Positions 9,259-17,690 of a DNA stretch of 42,601 bases are shown here, one piece after another. Within the stretch, counting starts at the first letter, position 1. Every line of letters begins with the position of its first letter. The notes beneath the pieces are model-generated. The model saw nothing but the letters and a program-made list of their open reading frames with translations. It ran no database searches and had not been told where the DNA came from. The position numbers were made by a program, and so were the translations under genes. This stretch comes from PVC group bacterium (GTDB taxonomy: Bacteria > Auribacterota > Erginobacteria > Erginobacterales > Erginobacteraceae), in NCBI GenBank assembly GCA_043804695.1, contig JAZDIV010000027.1, forward strand, positions 1 through 42,601, written 5' to 3'.

Positions 9259-10506
9259 CTAATTATCTTCCAGCGCTTCTGAAACTCTCCCGGCGATATC
9301 CTCGATCTCTTTTCCCGAGTAAAACGGGCTGCAGGGAAGCTCTATGCAGCGGCCGCCCAGCCGCGCCGCCGTCGGGCATTCGCAGCGGCCGGCAAAGATC
9401 TCGAGGCCAGCGCAGTTTCGCATATCGTCGGGCTTGGTGTCCACCCCCCGGTGGAGCAGGGCGCGCCGGACCTTTTTCGGATCTTCCACCCGGGCCCGGA
9501 GGTAGAGGAACGAGGAACGGGTCCCCGGAGGTTCCCTTTGGAGCCGCAGGACGCGGCAGTCCTCCAGGCGGGAGCGGAGAAGGCGGGCGTTGGCCTCCTG
9601 TTTTTCCAGCCAGCGGGGAAACCGCTTTAACTGCCTCAGGCCCACCGCCGCCTGGAAGGGGGAGAAACTTTTTGTCCCGCTTTTCCCGTTCCGGACATCC
9701 CGGGAGACTGAAAGAGGAACCACTTCTTCCAGAAACGGGCGGTCAAACCGGTCGCTGCCGATGATCGCCGCCAGGCGCAGAAACGGGTAGAGGGTCCAGG
9801 GGAATACCAGGGGCTGGGTGAGGAGGATGGCTGCGATGTTGAAGGCCTGCCCCTTGAGGATCGTGAAGCCGCCGGAGGGAGGATCATCCTCGATCGCCGC
9901 CCGCATCCGCTTCGCCAGGTCGGGATCCTTCACCGTCATCGCTCCGCCGCCCCAGCAGGGCAGGTTCTTGCTCATTGCGAAGGTAAAGAGCGCCGCGTCG
10001 CCCAGGGTCCCCGCGGGGCGGCCGTTATACCTTGCCCCCAGGCCGTGGGCGCAGTCCTCGATCACCTTCAACCCGTGTTCCCGGGCAATCTCGTTGATCC
10101 GGTCCATCTCCGCCGGGACCCCGAAGAGGTGCGTGGGTACGATCGCTTTCGTCCGGCGGTTGACCAGGGGGGAGATCTTCTCCGGGTCGATGTTCCAGGT
10201 GCCGGGATCGACATCGGCGAATACCGGCTTGAAACCGCACTCGGCCGCTGCCGCCGGGATCGGGTGGAAGGTATAGGCGGGGAAGATGATCTCCGCCCCC
10301 GTCTCGATATTCAGCGATTCAAGAAGGAGGCGAAAGCCCACCCGCCCCGAGCCGACCAGGACCGTCTCCGGGAATTCTCCGAGTTTCCGGAACCGGTCGA
10401 GAAACTCGGTCTCCGGAGAACCCGGGCGGGGATTTTTGAACTCCTGGAGCAGGGAGAGAAATAACTCTCCCAGCGGCATATTGATCCGAAAACGCGGATA
10501 CGGCAT
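9259..10506 (-). CDS. Divergent DegT-family aminotransferase with a hydrophobic insertion
   Basis: GSGR, PTHLFG, IEDCAH and FAMSKNL..GGG motifs, with the catalytic Lys retained. Confidence 0.85.
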   Translation of the reverse strand: MPYPRFRINMPLGELFLSLLQEFKNPRPGSPETEFLDRFRKLGEFPETVLVGSGRVGFRLLLESLNIETGAEIIFPAYTFHPIPAAAAECGFKPVFADVDPGTWNIDPEKISPLVNRRTKAIVPTHLFGVPAEMDRINEIAREHGLKVIEDCAHGLGARYNGRPAGTLGDAALFTFAMSKNLPCWGGGAMTVKDPDLAKRMRAAIEDDPPSGGFTILKGQAFNIAAILLTQPLVFPWTLYPFLRLAAIIGSDRFDRPFLEEVVPLSVSRDVRNGKSGTKSFSPFQAAVGLRQLKRFPRWLEKQEANARLLRSRLEDCRVLRLQREPPGTRSSFLYLRARVEDPKKVRRALLHRGVDTKPDDMRNCAGLEIFAGRCECPTAARLGGRCIELPCSPFYSGKEIEDIAGRVSEALEDN

Positions 10507-10519
10507 ATATCTACCCGGA

Positions 10520-13021
10520 TTACGTTCTTTCTTCTGTTGAGCGACGGCTCCGGCGGAGTCTGATGATTATACCCCCCAGAACGGTTAGACCGAAGGCGAA
10601 AAGGCCGAAACCCCACCTGACCGCCGGGGGACGGAAGACCCACTCCACGGTCCGGTCCCCCGGCCGAACCGGGACCGCCCGCTGAAGATAGTTCACCTGG
10701 ATCTGCTCCCTTTCCTCCCCGTCCACGCTGACCTCCCAGTCGGGATGGAAAACATCGGTGGTGACCAGAAGGGCGGGCTGGCGGATCTCGGCCTCGATGA
10801 CCATCCGGGTTGGCTGGGGGATGGAGACCCGCTTGATTCGGTTTGCTTGCTGAAGATGGTCGAAGTGCTCTGTCGATTCTTCAGGCGGGCTGAAAGAGGC
10901 GTAATCCGTGATCCGTAATCCGTGATCAGTCGCCTGATCTCTGCCGGCACCGTACTGATTACCGATTACTGATAACTGATTACCATCTTCAACATAGGCC
11001 GCCCGGCGGAGATCGCCGGTTAACAGTTCGTGAAAAGCTTCCCCGGAAGAACTGACGGCGATCACGTCCTGGGTGAAAACCCGGGGGAGAGTACCGGGAA
11101 GGCGGTAAAGCGTCCATATTCCCAGATCGGCAGCGCTGTCTGTCTTCTCTGCCAGTCGGTCGGGCAGAGAACTGCGCCGGCGGATCATCTTGCGGAGGAT
11201 CATCTTGCGCACGCTCATATTCGGGAAGAAAGCGGCGGACGGGTCCTGGATCGCCAGTTGGTAGGGATGACCGAAGGTCAGGGCTACCGCCGCGCGGTGG
11301 AGACGCGGGGCCAGGGGTTTCGAGCAGTGGCCGAAGAGGTACTCCCCCCCGACCGTGGTCGCCATCTGGTCGATCTGGCTCAAGTCGAAGACCGTCCGTT
11401 CCGGCCCGGTGACGGGAGTTTCCTCGGTGTAAACGCTCTCCGCCAGGCGCCAGTATAGGGTCTCGGTCGGAAAGCGGAACCGGACCCAAACCTCCTCTCC
11501 GCCCCAAGAGAGAAAATATATCACCGCGTAAGCCAGAAGAAACACCTCCAGGAAGACGGCCGATATCAATATCTCCCGGCCCCCGCGGCGGAGACCGGCC
11601 AGCAGAAGCGATCCGGCCAGCGCCAGAGCGAGGTATAACAGCGGGCTGGAGAAGAGCCAGCCGCGGTAGATACTCCAGGCCCGGGAGAAGATCGGCCCGC
11701 CGCTGATTACCTCCGGCCGGGACCAGACCAGGACCAGGCCGGCCAGGACGGCCGCCGGCAGGCCCAGCAAAAGCCAGCGGGGAATCCTCCGCCCGCTTTC
11801 AAGCAGCCAGTGGGCGGAGACCCCCGCCAGCAGGGCCAGGCCCAGGTGCTGGAGGATCCGCCAGCGGACGGCGTAAGGGAGGCCGAAGAGGGGAAATACC
11901 CGCGCCAGCCAGAGATAAGTCGGCGAGTAGCGGCCGGTGACCAGGTAAAGGGAGAAGAGAAAAAGAACCAGCCCGGTCCACCACCAGACCCCGGTTTCAT
12001 CCTTCCGGGTATCCCGCCCCTTCCAGCCGGCCACCGATCCGGCCAGGCAGAGGAGGATCAGCCAGAATCCTCCGGTGAGGTTCCCTTCCAGGTAGGAGAA
12101 TTCCCGCAGATAACTCACTCCCAGATCAGCCCCCCGGTAATTGGTCAGGGTCCCGAAGGCGTCCGGGACCACCAGCGTCAGCAGGTAGGGCCAGTCGACG
12201 CTGAACATCTCCGAGGCGGAACGTTTGGGGTCAAGGAGCGGGGAATCACGGTAAATCTTCAGGGTCTCGATCATCGACGTCCAGTAAGGGGCCGAGAGCA
12301 AGAGGCCAAGGAGGGTAACGAGAAGAAAAGCTTTCAGTATCCGCCAGCCGGCGTCGGAATTTTTTCGGAGTAGATAAACGACAAAGATAGTAAGAAACAA
12401 TATGGCGGCGGAGGCCAGGCTGAAGATCCCCCTGACGTCGGAGCCGCAGGGGCCGATAAAGGCGAAAGCGGCCGCGGCCGCCGCCAGCGGCCAGGGGGAG
12501 GGCCTGCGGGCGAAGGCAACCGTCCCCCAGATCAGCAGCGGCAGCCAGGCGGTGGCGTAGGTGGTGGAGGGGTCGAGGATGTTGTAAGTCATCGCCGCCC
12601 CCAGGGAATAGACCCCGGCCAGCACCCCGGCCGCCGCCGGACGAAGTTTCATCGCTCCCCGGCCGAGGGCGTAGGCCCCCAGGGCGCAGATCAGCCAGTG
12701 CAGGAGCAGCGGGACCTTGATCAGCCAGGCGTAGGCGGCGTCAACGTCCGCCACCGGCGCCAGGAGGTAGAAGGGATAGAGCGGCCAGTACCAGATGGTG
12801 GTATTGGGGATGAAGTTTATCCGCCCGCCGGCGAAGGTCTGGTTGTCCCAGAGCGGAAGCGAGCCGGAACTGACGGAACGCGCGTTGAAGAGGAGGCGGG
12901 AGAAGGTCTCGTAAAAGTCGTCGATGAACACCCCCCGCCATCCCAGGAGCATCGGGGCCAGGAGTATGATCACCCCCAGACAAAGTCCCGTTATCCATAA
13001 CCTGTCAGTCGAGAAACGCAT
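10520..13021 (-). CDS. YfhO-like polytopic membrane protein (GT-C-fold glycosyltransferase)
   Basis: IDDFY...LPLWD...GG N-terminal loop and many TM segments. C-terminal DVFHPDWEVSVDG...VNYLQRAVPV.PG..VEW.FRP YfhO signature. Confidence 0.8.
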   Translation of the reverse strand: MRFSTDRLWITGLCLGVIILLAPMLLGWRGVFIDDFYETFSRLLFNARSVSSGSLPLWDNQTFAGGRINFIPNTTIWYWPLYPFYLLAPVADVDAAYAWLIKVPLLLHWLICALGAYALGRGAMKLRPAAAGVLAGVYSLGAAMTYNILDPSTTYATAWLPLLIWGTVAFARRPSPWPLAAAAAAFAFIGPCGSDVRGIFSLASAAILFLTIFVVYLLRKNSDAGWRILKAFLLVTLLGLLLSAPYWTSMIETLKIYRDSPLLDPKRSASEMFSVDWPYLLTLVVPDAFGTLTNYRGADLGVSYLREFSYLEGNLTGGFWLILLCLAGSVAGWKGRDTRKDETGVWWWTGLVLFLFSLYLVTGRYSPTYLWLARVFPLFGLPYAVRWRILQHLGLALLAGVSAHWLLESGRRIPRWLLLGLPAAVLAGLVLVWSRPEVISGGPIFSRAWSIYRGWLFSSPLLYLALALAGSLLLAGLRRGGREILISAVFLEVFLLAYAVIYFLSWGGEEVWVRFRFPTETLYWRLAESVYTEETPVTGPERTVFDLSQIDQMATTVGGEYLFGHCSKPLAPRLHRAAVALTFGHPYQLAIQDPSAAFFPNMSVRKMILRKMIRRRSSLPDRLAEKTDSAADLGIWTLYRLPGTLPRVFTQDVIAVSSSGEAFHELLTGDLRRAAYVEDGNQLSVIGNQYGAGRDQATDHGLRITDYASFSPPEESTEHFDHLQQANRIKRVSIPQPTRMVIEAEIRQPALLVTTDVFHPDWEVSVDGEEREQIQVNYLQRAVPVRPGDRTVEWVFRPPAVRWGFGLFAFGLTVLGGIIIRLRRSRRSTEERT
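10901..10986. repeat. Gene-less inverted 7-mer element inside the YfhO-like CDS
   Basis: (ATCCGTR)3 ATCAGTC, 21-nt spacer, then TACTGAT TACCGAT TACTGAT AACTGAT. Translated as GNQLSVIGNQY...TDHGLRITDY. Confidence 0.8.
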
Positions 13022-13035
13022 ATAATTTTCCTGAT

Positions 13036-14094
13036 TTATCTCCCGGCTGGACGGCGGGCGCGGGGACGCCAGTTCCGGAGCAGGCCGGCCAGGGCGAGGG
13101 GGTGGAAGCGGAGGAGGTCGTTGATCAGGTTGCAGCCCAGGTCGAGACAGGCCTGGCAGTTAACGGGCTTGAGCCGCAACCAGGCCCCCTCGATGTCGCC
13201 GTCGAGACAGTTGCCGAGCGGCTCACTATAAAAGAGCTTGGTGCAGGGGAAAATATCCCCCCGGTTATCGATGGCGGCCAGGTAGCGCCCGGACTGGCAG
13301 GGGATCGGGCGGAAACTCTTCAAATCCTCCCGGTCGGTGATTAAATGACGGCCGAAGCCGTAGGGCCAGCGGCGGACGTAACGGAGGATATGCTTCGGGT
13401 AGGGCAGGACCCGGCGGGGGTGCCGGATCAGGTCGTCGAGGAAGACCCCGATCTCCTCGTCGCTCGCTTCCGCCGCCTCCACCCGGACGCCTTCTATCTT
13501 ATCCTGGGGGCGGAGAAAGTTGATCCCGATGAAGCAGCCATACTCCCGGGCGACGGACTCGACCTGGGCAAAGGCTTGGGCCAGGTCACGGGTCAGGGTA
13601 AACTGGAGCTGGACCCGGATCCCGCGGTGGCGGCCAGCCTCGATAGCCTCGATGACCTTCCGGTAGGTCCCCTCCCCGCGGTAATAATCGTGGATATCGG
13701 GCGGCCCGTCGAGGCTGATACTCAACAGGTCGGTCCCGGCGATCTCCTCGATCCGCTCCGGGACCATCAGACCGTTGGTGTTCAGCGAGCAGTCCATCCC
13801 CGCCGCCTTGACCCGGCCGATAACCGCCCCGATATCTTTCCGCAGCATCGGCTCCCCACCGGCCAGCATCACGAAAGCGCAGCCCAGCCTTCCCAGACCG
13901 TCGATGACCTGGAGCAGGGGCTCCAGCGGAAAGTCCGGGCGGCGACGGCCGCCGAACTCGGCGTAGCAGTAGCGGCAGGAGAGGTTGCACCGCTCGGTGG
14001 TCATCAGCTGCACGAAGAGAGGAATCCGGCGGCCGGCAAGCCGGCTCGCCGCCTGCCGTGCCAAACGCGCTGTTTTCCGGATCCCGTTCTTCAT
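13036..14094 (-). CDS. Radical SAM protein (twitch/SPASM)
   Basis: CNLSCRYC, GGEP, ISLDG and CQSG...FPC...CQAC motifs. Confidence 0.9.
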   Translation of the reverse strand: MKNGIRKTARLARQAASRLAGRRIPLFVQLMTTERCNLSCRYCYAEFGGRRRPDFPLEPLLQVIDGLGRLGCAFVMLAGGEPMLRKDIGAVIGRVKAAGMDCSLNTNGLMVPERIEEIAGTDLLSISLDGPPDIHDYYRGEGTYRKVIEAIEAGRHRGIRVQLQFTLTRDLAQAFAQVESVAREYGCFIGINFLRPQDKIEGVRVEAAEASDEEIGVFLDDLIRHPRRVLPYPKHILRYVRRWPYGFGRHLITDREDLKSFRPIPCQSGRYLAAIDNRGDIFPCTKLFYSEPLGNCLDGDIEGAWLRLKPVNCQACLDLGCNLINDLLRFHPLALAGLLRNWRPRARRPAGR

Positions 14095-15155
14095 AGCATC
14101 TCCCGCAGGGCCTTGCGGGCGTAATGCCAGAGGATGTTGGGTCTCATCCCCAGCACCAGGTTGCGATCAAGGTAGGAGAGGATGTAACAGGCTTCGCACC
14201 CCTCCCGGTTGACCCCTTCCAGGGAGGCTTTCAGGCCATCGCGGCGGATATTGAAGCGCGGCTTGCCCCAGACGTTGCAACAGGGATAGACGCTCCCGTC
14301 GGCGTCGATAAAGAGAACATAATCGCCATGGTAGCATTTGGGATAATGGAAGCCGGCCGGGAGTTCGGCCGGCGCTGCCATCCTTTTCTGGTAGGAGAAG
14401 GGCCAGTTCAGGGCGATCTTATGGGCCAGTTCGGAAAATTGGAGGGGATAACCCTCGCTCCGAAGCCGGAGGATCTGGCGTAAAAATTTTCGGACCTGTT
14501 CATCGCTCACGTCGAGGTGATGGGTGGGCCCGCCCTCCCGCAGCGGCTCATACTGAAAGGAAAGGGAAAAGTTGAGGAGGGCGCCCTTCTGTCGGGAAAG
14601 TTCGGCCAAAAACTGCAGGTCCTCGGGTTGAGTTTCGCTGGTCAGGACCGCGTTGATCCGGGTGGGGACACCGGCGGTACTCGTCAACTCGATCGCCTTC
14701 ACGATCCGGTCGAAGGTGCCCGGGCCGCGGTTGCGGTCGTTGACCTCCCGGCGGCCGTCGAGGCTGATGCAGATCGAGTCAAGCTTCTTCACCACCTCGA
14801 ACTTCTTTTCCACCAGCAGCCCGTTGGTGATCATATCGCAGATCATCCCCAGTCGGTTGACCCGGTCGACCAGTTCCCCGATGTCCTCGCGCAGCAGGGG
14901 CTCGCCGCCCTGGAGCTGGAGCAGGCAGGTCCCCGCCCGGGCCAATTCGTCAATCAGGCGGAGCAATTCCTCGGTTGTAAACTCCGGCCAGTTATCGCGG
15001 TTACAGTAATCGCCGTAGCAGTAGTAACACTTCAGATTGCAGCGGTTGGTAACGGCCAGGTAGATATTGAGCGGTCGGCGGATATACCAAAGGTGGGAGG
15101 TGAAAAGCCCGATCAACATTTTCAGGCGCTTGCGCGCCAGGAGAAGTTTCATCAT
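14091..15155 (-). CDS. Radical SAM protein (twitch/SPASM)
   Basis: CNLKCYYC, GGEP, ISLDG and CYHG...YPCC...CEAC motifs. 4-nt overlap with the next gene. Confidence 0.9.
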   Translation of the reverse strand: MMKLLLARKRLKMLIGLFTSHLWYIRRPLNIYLAVTNRCNLKCYYCYGDYCNRDNWPEFTTEELLRLIDELARAGTCLLQLQGGEPLLREDIGELVDRVNRLGMICDMITNGLLVEKKFEVVKKLDSICISLDGRREVNDRNRGPGTFDRIVKAIELTSTAGVPTRINAVLTSETQPEDLQFLAELSRQKGALLNFSLSFQYEPLREGGPTHHLDVSDEQVRKFLRQILRLRSEGYPLQFSELAHKIALNWPFSYQKRMAAPAELPAGFHYPKCYHGDYVLFIDADGSVYPCCNVWGKPRFNIRRDGLKASLEGVNREGCEACYILSYLDRNLVLGMRPNILWHYARKALREML

Positions 15156-15173
15156 TCCAGCTCAAAAAGGCGT

Positions 15174-16301
15174 TTAAATAAAATTAAGGTGGTCGGGAGA
15201 GGGACCGACGGGTTCGGTGAGCATCGCCTCGCCGTGCTTCAAATCCCAGAGATATTCGTTGATCTTGTGCTGGAGGCAGAGGCAGGCGCAGTCGGTCCGG
15301 GCGTCGAATCTGTCCGACGCCAGGTAATCCATCACCTCCCAGTAACGCTCGTTCTCCCAGATCTCTTTGAAGGATGTGTCGATGATATTCCCGATGTGGA
15401 ACTTCTCCCGGTAGCGGCTGTTGAAGAGCATCCCGCAGGGGGCGACCAGGCCGGAACCGGAGAACTGGGGCATGAAGGGCGCTCCGTAACAGCGGGAGTA
15501 TTTACGCTCCCCGCCGCTCATGATCTTCGACCACTTCGCCTTCACCAGGTAGTCGCCGGTGGAGTACCCCTCGGCTTCCTTCAAGACCCCTTCCAGGACG
15601 AAGTACTTCGAGTAATCCACCCCCAGGGTGTGCAGTTCGTCGTCGCTGCAGTGCTTGATGATGGTGTAATCCACCCCCAGTTCCCTTCCGAGTCTGGCCA
15701 GGGGGATAATCTGATCCCGGTAATCGGGAAGGAGGACCATCTGGAGGCCGAGGGTGACGGGGAGATTTTTCTCCCGTTTGATCCGGACGCATTCCCGGAT
15801 GATTCCCATCACCCTTTCAAAGGCCCCCGCCCGGCAGCCCATCACCCGGGCATAGGCATCGGGCTCGCCGGCCGAGATGTTGAAGCGGAGGTAGGTGAGG
15901 GCCGGGAGTATCTCTTCCAGCCGTTCTAATTTCAGCAGGTAGCCGTTGGTCCCCAGGGCCATATCCAGCCCGTTGGCTTTTCCCCGGATAATGGCGTCTT
16001 CCAGGTGGGGGGAACAGGTGGACTCCCCGTCGCTGACGAAGCTGATCGCCTTCACCCCGATCTCCGCCGCATCGTCGAGAAACCGGAAGACAACGTCCCG
16101 GGTCATCCGCTGCTCGTCGTGAATCTGGAGCTTGCTGTAGCAGTAGACGCAGTTATAGGTGCAGCGGCGGGTCAGGGCGCAGTCGATCGTGATCGGGGCG
16201 ATCCGCTCCCCGGCCAGCCACGCCTCCACCCTCTCCCGATGCCAGGCCAGCTTGTGCCCGTCCAGGATAAGCCTCTGGCTTTCTTTTGGTTGCTTTTCCA
16301 T
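15174..16301 (-). CDS. Radical SAM/SPASM protein (a different subfamily from the other four)
   Basis: CTYNCVYC, SDGES and CYGAP...APC...IGNI....FKEIW...CACLC motifs. Confidence 0.88.
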   Translation of the reverse strand: MEKQPKESQRLILDGHKLAWHRERVEAWLAGERIAPITIDCALTRRCTYNCVYCYSKLQIHDEQRMTRDVVFRFLDDAAEIGVKAISFVSDGESTCSPHLEDAIIRGKANGLDMALGTNGYLLKLERLEEILPALTYLRFNISAGEPDAYARVMGCRAGAFERVMGIIRECVRIKREKNLPVTLGLQMVLLPDYRDQIIPLARLGRELGVDYTIIKHCSDDELHTLGVDYSKYFVLEGVLKEAEGYSTGDYLVKAKWSKIMSGGERKYSRCYGAPFMPQFSGSGLVAPCGMLFNSRYREKFHIGNIIDTSFKEIWENERYWEVMDYLASDRFDARTDCACLCLQHKINEYLWDLKHGEAMLTEPVGPSPDHLNFI

Positions 16302-16314
16302 ATTTCGAAAGGCT

Positions 16315-16500
16315 TATTAGTCAGTCCATAATTGTATGGACATGTCATTGCGAGGACCCTGAGCGAAGCGAAGGGGACGAAGCAATCTCAACTCTATGTA
16401 CAGCAAGAGATTGCTTCCCGCCACGCTTTGCTCGCGGCTTCGGCTAACGCTCGCAATGACCGCGATCCTTGATGTAAATCCTATAACGGTCGGATTAATA
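16315..16500. mobile_element. MITE-like element, copy 2, carrying a GTCATTGCGA REP dimer (16344-16460)
   Basis: Same ends and backbone as 2588-2735. The length difference lies inside the REP hairpins. Confidence 0.7.
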
Positions 16501-16570
16501 ACAATCTTTTTCTATATTTTTTAAATTTGTCTATAATAAGAAATAAGAATAGCCTCTCTCATTTGAAACC

Positions 16571-16713
16571 CCTGCCGGTTTATCCCGGCAGGTGAATCAG
16601 TTCATAAGCTATCCTAATTCGTTACCACCCTTAAAGGCCCCCGTCACTTTATGTGACGGGTGAATAAGTTCATTAGTTGATGAACTTACATTCCGGTGAG
16701 GCAAGCTCACCGG
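16571..16713. repeat. Cluster of three hairpins sharing an AGTTCAT tail
   Basis: CCTGCCGG/CCGGCAGG+TGAATCAGTTCAT, then CCCGTCAC/GTGACGGG+TGAATAAGTTCAT, then an inverted ATGAACTTA+CCGGTGAG/CTCACCGG. Confidence 0.6.
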
Positions 16714-16752
16714 GGATGTTTCTCGCTGCAACAAATTAATCCTGTCCGATCT

Positions 16753-17577
16753 TCATTCCCTACTATATTTCCCCGGTTTCCCGAGGCCGATTTCAATCGT
16801 CTCACGACGCCGGCGGTCTGATACCGTTCCCGGGGCCGGCTTCCTCCCTGCCTTCTTGGCGGGAGAGAAATAGATCTCTTTGACGAGGGCAAGGTAATCG
16901 CCCATAACCTGTCTCAGTGAACGCAGGGATATCGCCTTCGATTCACCCCCGGACCGAACCGCCAGGCGGTAGGGGACCTCGGCGAATAGATACCCGCTCC
17001 AGACCGCTCGGACCACGTTCTCGGTCTGGAAGAAGAAACCGCTGCTCCGATTGGGGGAAGACGCCAGGATCGCCCGGCGATAGAGGACGGTGCCATTGGT
17101 ATAGTTGAAGTTGACACCGAAGGTTATATTGACGATCATTCGGAAGACGGTGGAGATCAGGTTGCGGAGCTTCGGTCGTACGTCCTTGTTGTACACAAAG
17201 GGGACAACCATGTCCACCTGCCCGAGCAGCCCGTAATACCGCACGATTTCCCCCGGGTCGTTCTCATCGTCGCCCGGCATGAAGGCGACCGCCTCCCCCT
17301 CCGCCTCCGCCAGTCCGTCGCGAAAGGCCGCTCCCAGGCCCTGCGGGGTCCGGTGATGGATCATCCTGATCCGGCTTCCTCCTTCCCGGGCGGCGATCTC
17401 TTCCGCGATCCGGGCCGTCTCGTCCGTGGACCCGTCATTAACCACGATGATCTCGCCGTTCAGTCCGTATCTGAAAAACGCCTCCAGCGTATGCTCGATC
17501 GCGCCGGCAATGTTTGCCTCCTCGTTCAGCGCCGGCATGACGATGGAGAGATCAAGTGTATTATTTTCAGACTTCAA
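16753..17577 (-). CDS. GT2 glycosyltransferase, polyprenyl-phosphate sugar synthase (DPM1-like)
   Basis: LSIVMPALNEE, VNDGSTD, GLGAA, PGDDE and EVPY...R..GESK motifs. Confidence 0.88.
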   Translation of the reverse strand: MKSENNTLDLSIVMPALNEEANIAGAIEHTLEAFFRYGLNGEIIVVNDGSTDETARIAEEIAAREGGSRIRMIHHRTPQGLGAAFRDGLAEAEGEAVAFMPGDDENDPGEIVRYYGLLGQVDMVVPFVYNKDVRPKLRNLISTVFRMIVNITFGVNFNYTNGTVLYRRAILASSPNRSSGFFFQTENVVRAVWSGYLFAEVPYRLAVRSGGESKAISLRSLRQVMGDYLALVKEIYFSPAKKAGRKPAPGTVSDRRRRETIEIGLGKPGKYSRE

Positions 17578-17582
17578 TAAAA

Positions 17583-17660
17583 GTTAGCTCCGCAACTGTG
17601 GGAGGGCTTTCCAAGCCCGATTCTCTGCTCGCCGGATCGGGGTTGGAAACCCCTCCCACA
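17583..17660. repeat. REP-like dimer (GTGGGAGGG family), copy 2
   Basis: TGTGGGAGGGCTTTCCAAGCCCGAT...ATCGGGGTTGGAAACCCCTCCCACA. Confidence 0.8.
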
Positions 17661-17690
17661 GACACTTTTTTAAAATTCCAAAGCAGCAAA

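Noticed and set aside
11182..11209. 15-bp-period duplication GGATCATCTTGCG in the YfhO-like gene (RKMILRKMI)
   Set aside because: A single in-frame micro-duplication with no further pattern, probably slippage.
14517..15929. 470-aa plus-strand ORF
   Set aside because: Antisense shadow of two radical SAM genes in GC-rich DNA, with no recognisable motifs.
2516..17660. Integron attC sites suggested by GTTAGC motifs beside palindromes
   Set aside because: There is no matching RYYYAAC/GTTRRRY box pair with attC spacing, no integrase, and the genes form ordinary operons.
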